Part shown: positions 33,618 through 34,264 of the stretch, piece by piece
Layout: the number at the start of each line of letters is the position of its first letter
How positions within the stretch are numbered: position 1 is the stretch's first letter
Source of the DNA: Malacoraja senta
Lineage: Eukaryota
Length of the DNA: 34,264 nt
Assembly (NCBI GenBank): GCA_038087875.1
Contig: JAXLNO010000642.1
Coordinates: 62,001 to 96,264, forward strand
Direction: 5' to 3'
The notes under the pieces: model-generated
What the model saw: only the letters and a program-made list of their open reading frames with translations
Told to the model about the DNA's origin: nothing
Database searches by the model: none
Translations under genes and position numbers: made by a program

Positions 33618-33890
33618 GCTTCAGTAGTGCTGCTGCCACATAGAACCAGCTTTTGACTTAAGATGCTGTCTCCGTGCTGTTTGCAAATTTCCCTTTGACC
33701 GTGCAAGTTTCATCTTGATGTTCGCATCTCCAAAACACATTGGTTGGTAGGCTATTGACCGTTATAAATCACCACCCAGTGTAGGCGGGTGATTAGAGAA
33801 TCAGAGCGATAATGGGACTGGGAAAGAGAGAAAGTTAACAAGAAATAAGTGGGGGATTGCTCTGCGAACTAGTATAGATGTAATAGCCTC
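33618..33890 (+). mobile_element. Decayed V-SINE
   Basis: gtgctgctgccacatag...gtttgcaaatttccctttgaccgtg; resembles 29088-29312. Confidence 0.5.
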
Positions 33891-33939
33891 ATGCCATAAG
33901 AAATTGTGATGTAATTTATTGGTATTCACAATATTCTCT

Positions 33940-34264
33940 CATTGTTTTCTCTGGAACGTCGGAATTTGTGGAAATATGTAAAGTTCTGAGAGGCATAGAT
34001 AGGGTGGACAGTCAGAACCTTTTTTTCCAGGGTAGAAGCATCCTACACTAGAGAGGATTGCTATAAAGTGAGAGGGGGAAAGTTTACACTGAGGGGGAAA
34101 GATTTGCGGAGCATGTTTTTTACACACAGAGAGTGACGAGGGCCTGGAAAGTATTGCCAGAGGTGACAGTAGAAGTAGACACGATAACCGCATTTAATGT
34201 TTTTAGATAGGCACGTGGAAGTGCAGGGAATAGAGGGGTATATGGATCACGTGCAGGCAGATGA
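33940..34264 (+). mobile_element. CR1 LINE 3' fragment, runs off the window end
   Basis: Similar to 17700-18010 (gaggcatagatagggtggacagtcagaac...aaagtgagagggg...). Confidence 0.8.

Overview
Eukaryotic (vertebrate) genomic DNA, most likely from a cartilaginous fish such as a skate or ray; this is inferred from the HE1/V-SINE-like, CR1 and Penelope repeat content. The window holds the last 15 coding exons (+ strand, 1033-32998, 360 codons plus stop, all GT-AG introns with consistent phases) of a GHMP-family glucuronokinase gene resembling fish gkup. Its 5' exons lie upstream of the window. The introns are dense with nested transposable elements: CR1 and L1 LINE fragments, tRNA-derived V-SINEs, a full-length but decayed Passport-like Tc1 (DD34E) transposon, PIF/Harbinger-type non-autonomous elements, a Helitron 3' end and a hAT-like element. 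There are also many Penelope-like pieces carrying a GIY-YIG endonuclease without RT and minimal hammerhead-ribozyme motifs. Most notable: (i) the hammerhead-bearing, RT-less Penelope units, one inverted with a 15-bp TSD and one tandem; (ii) a 1.9-kb Harbinger-like element that seems to carry a captured signal-peptide first exon; (iii) a 17-nt microexon encoding part of the kinase P-loop. Repeat boundaries were read by eye and are approximate.
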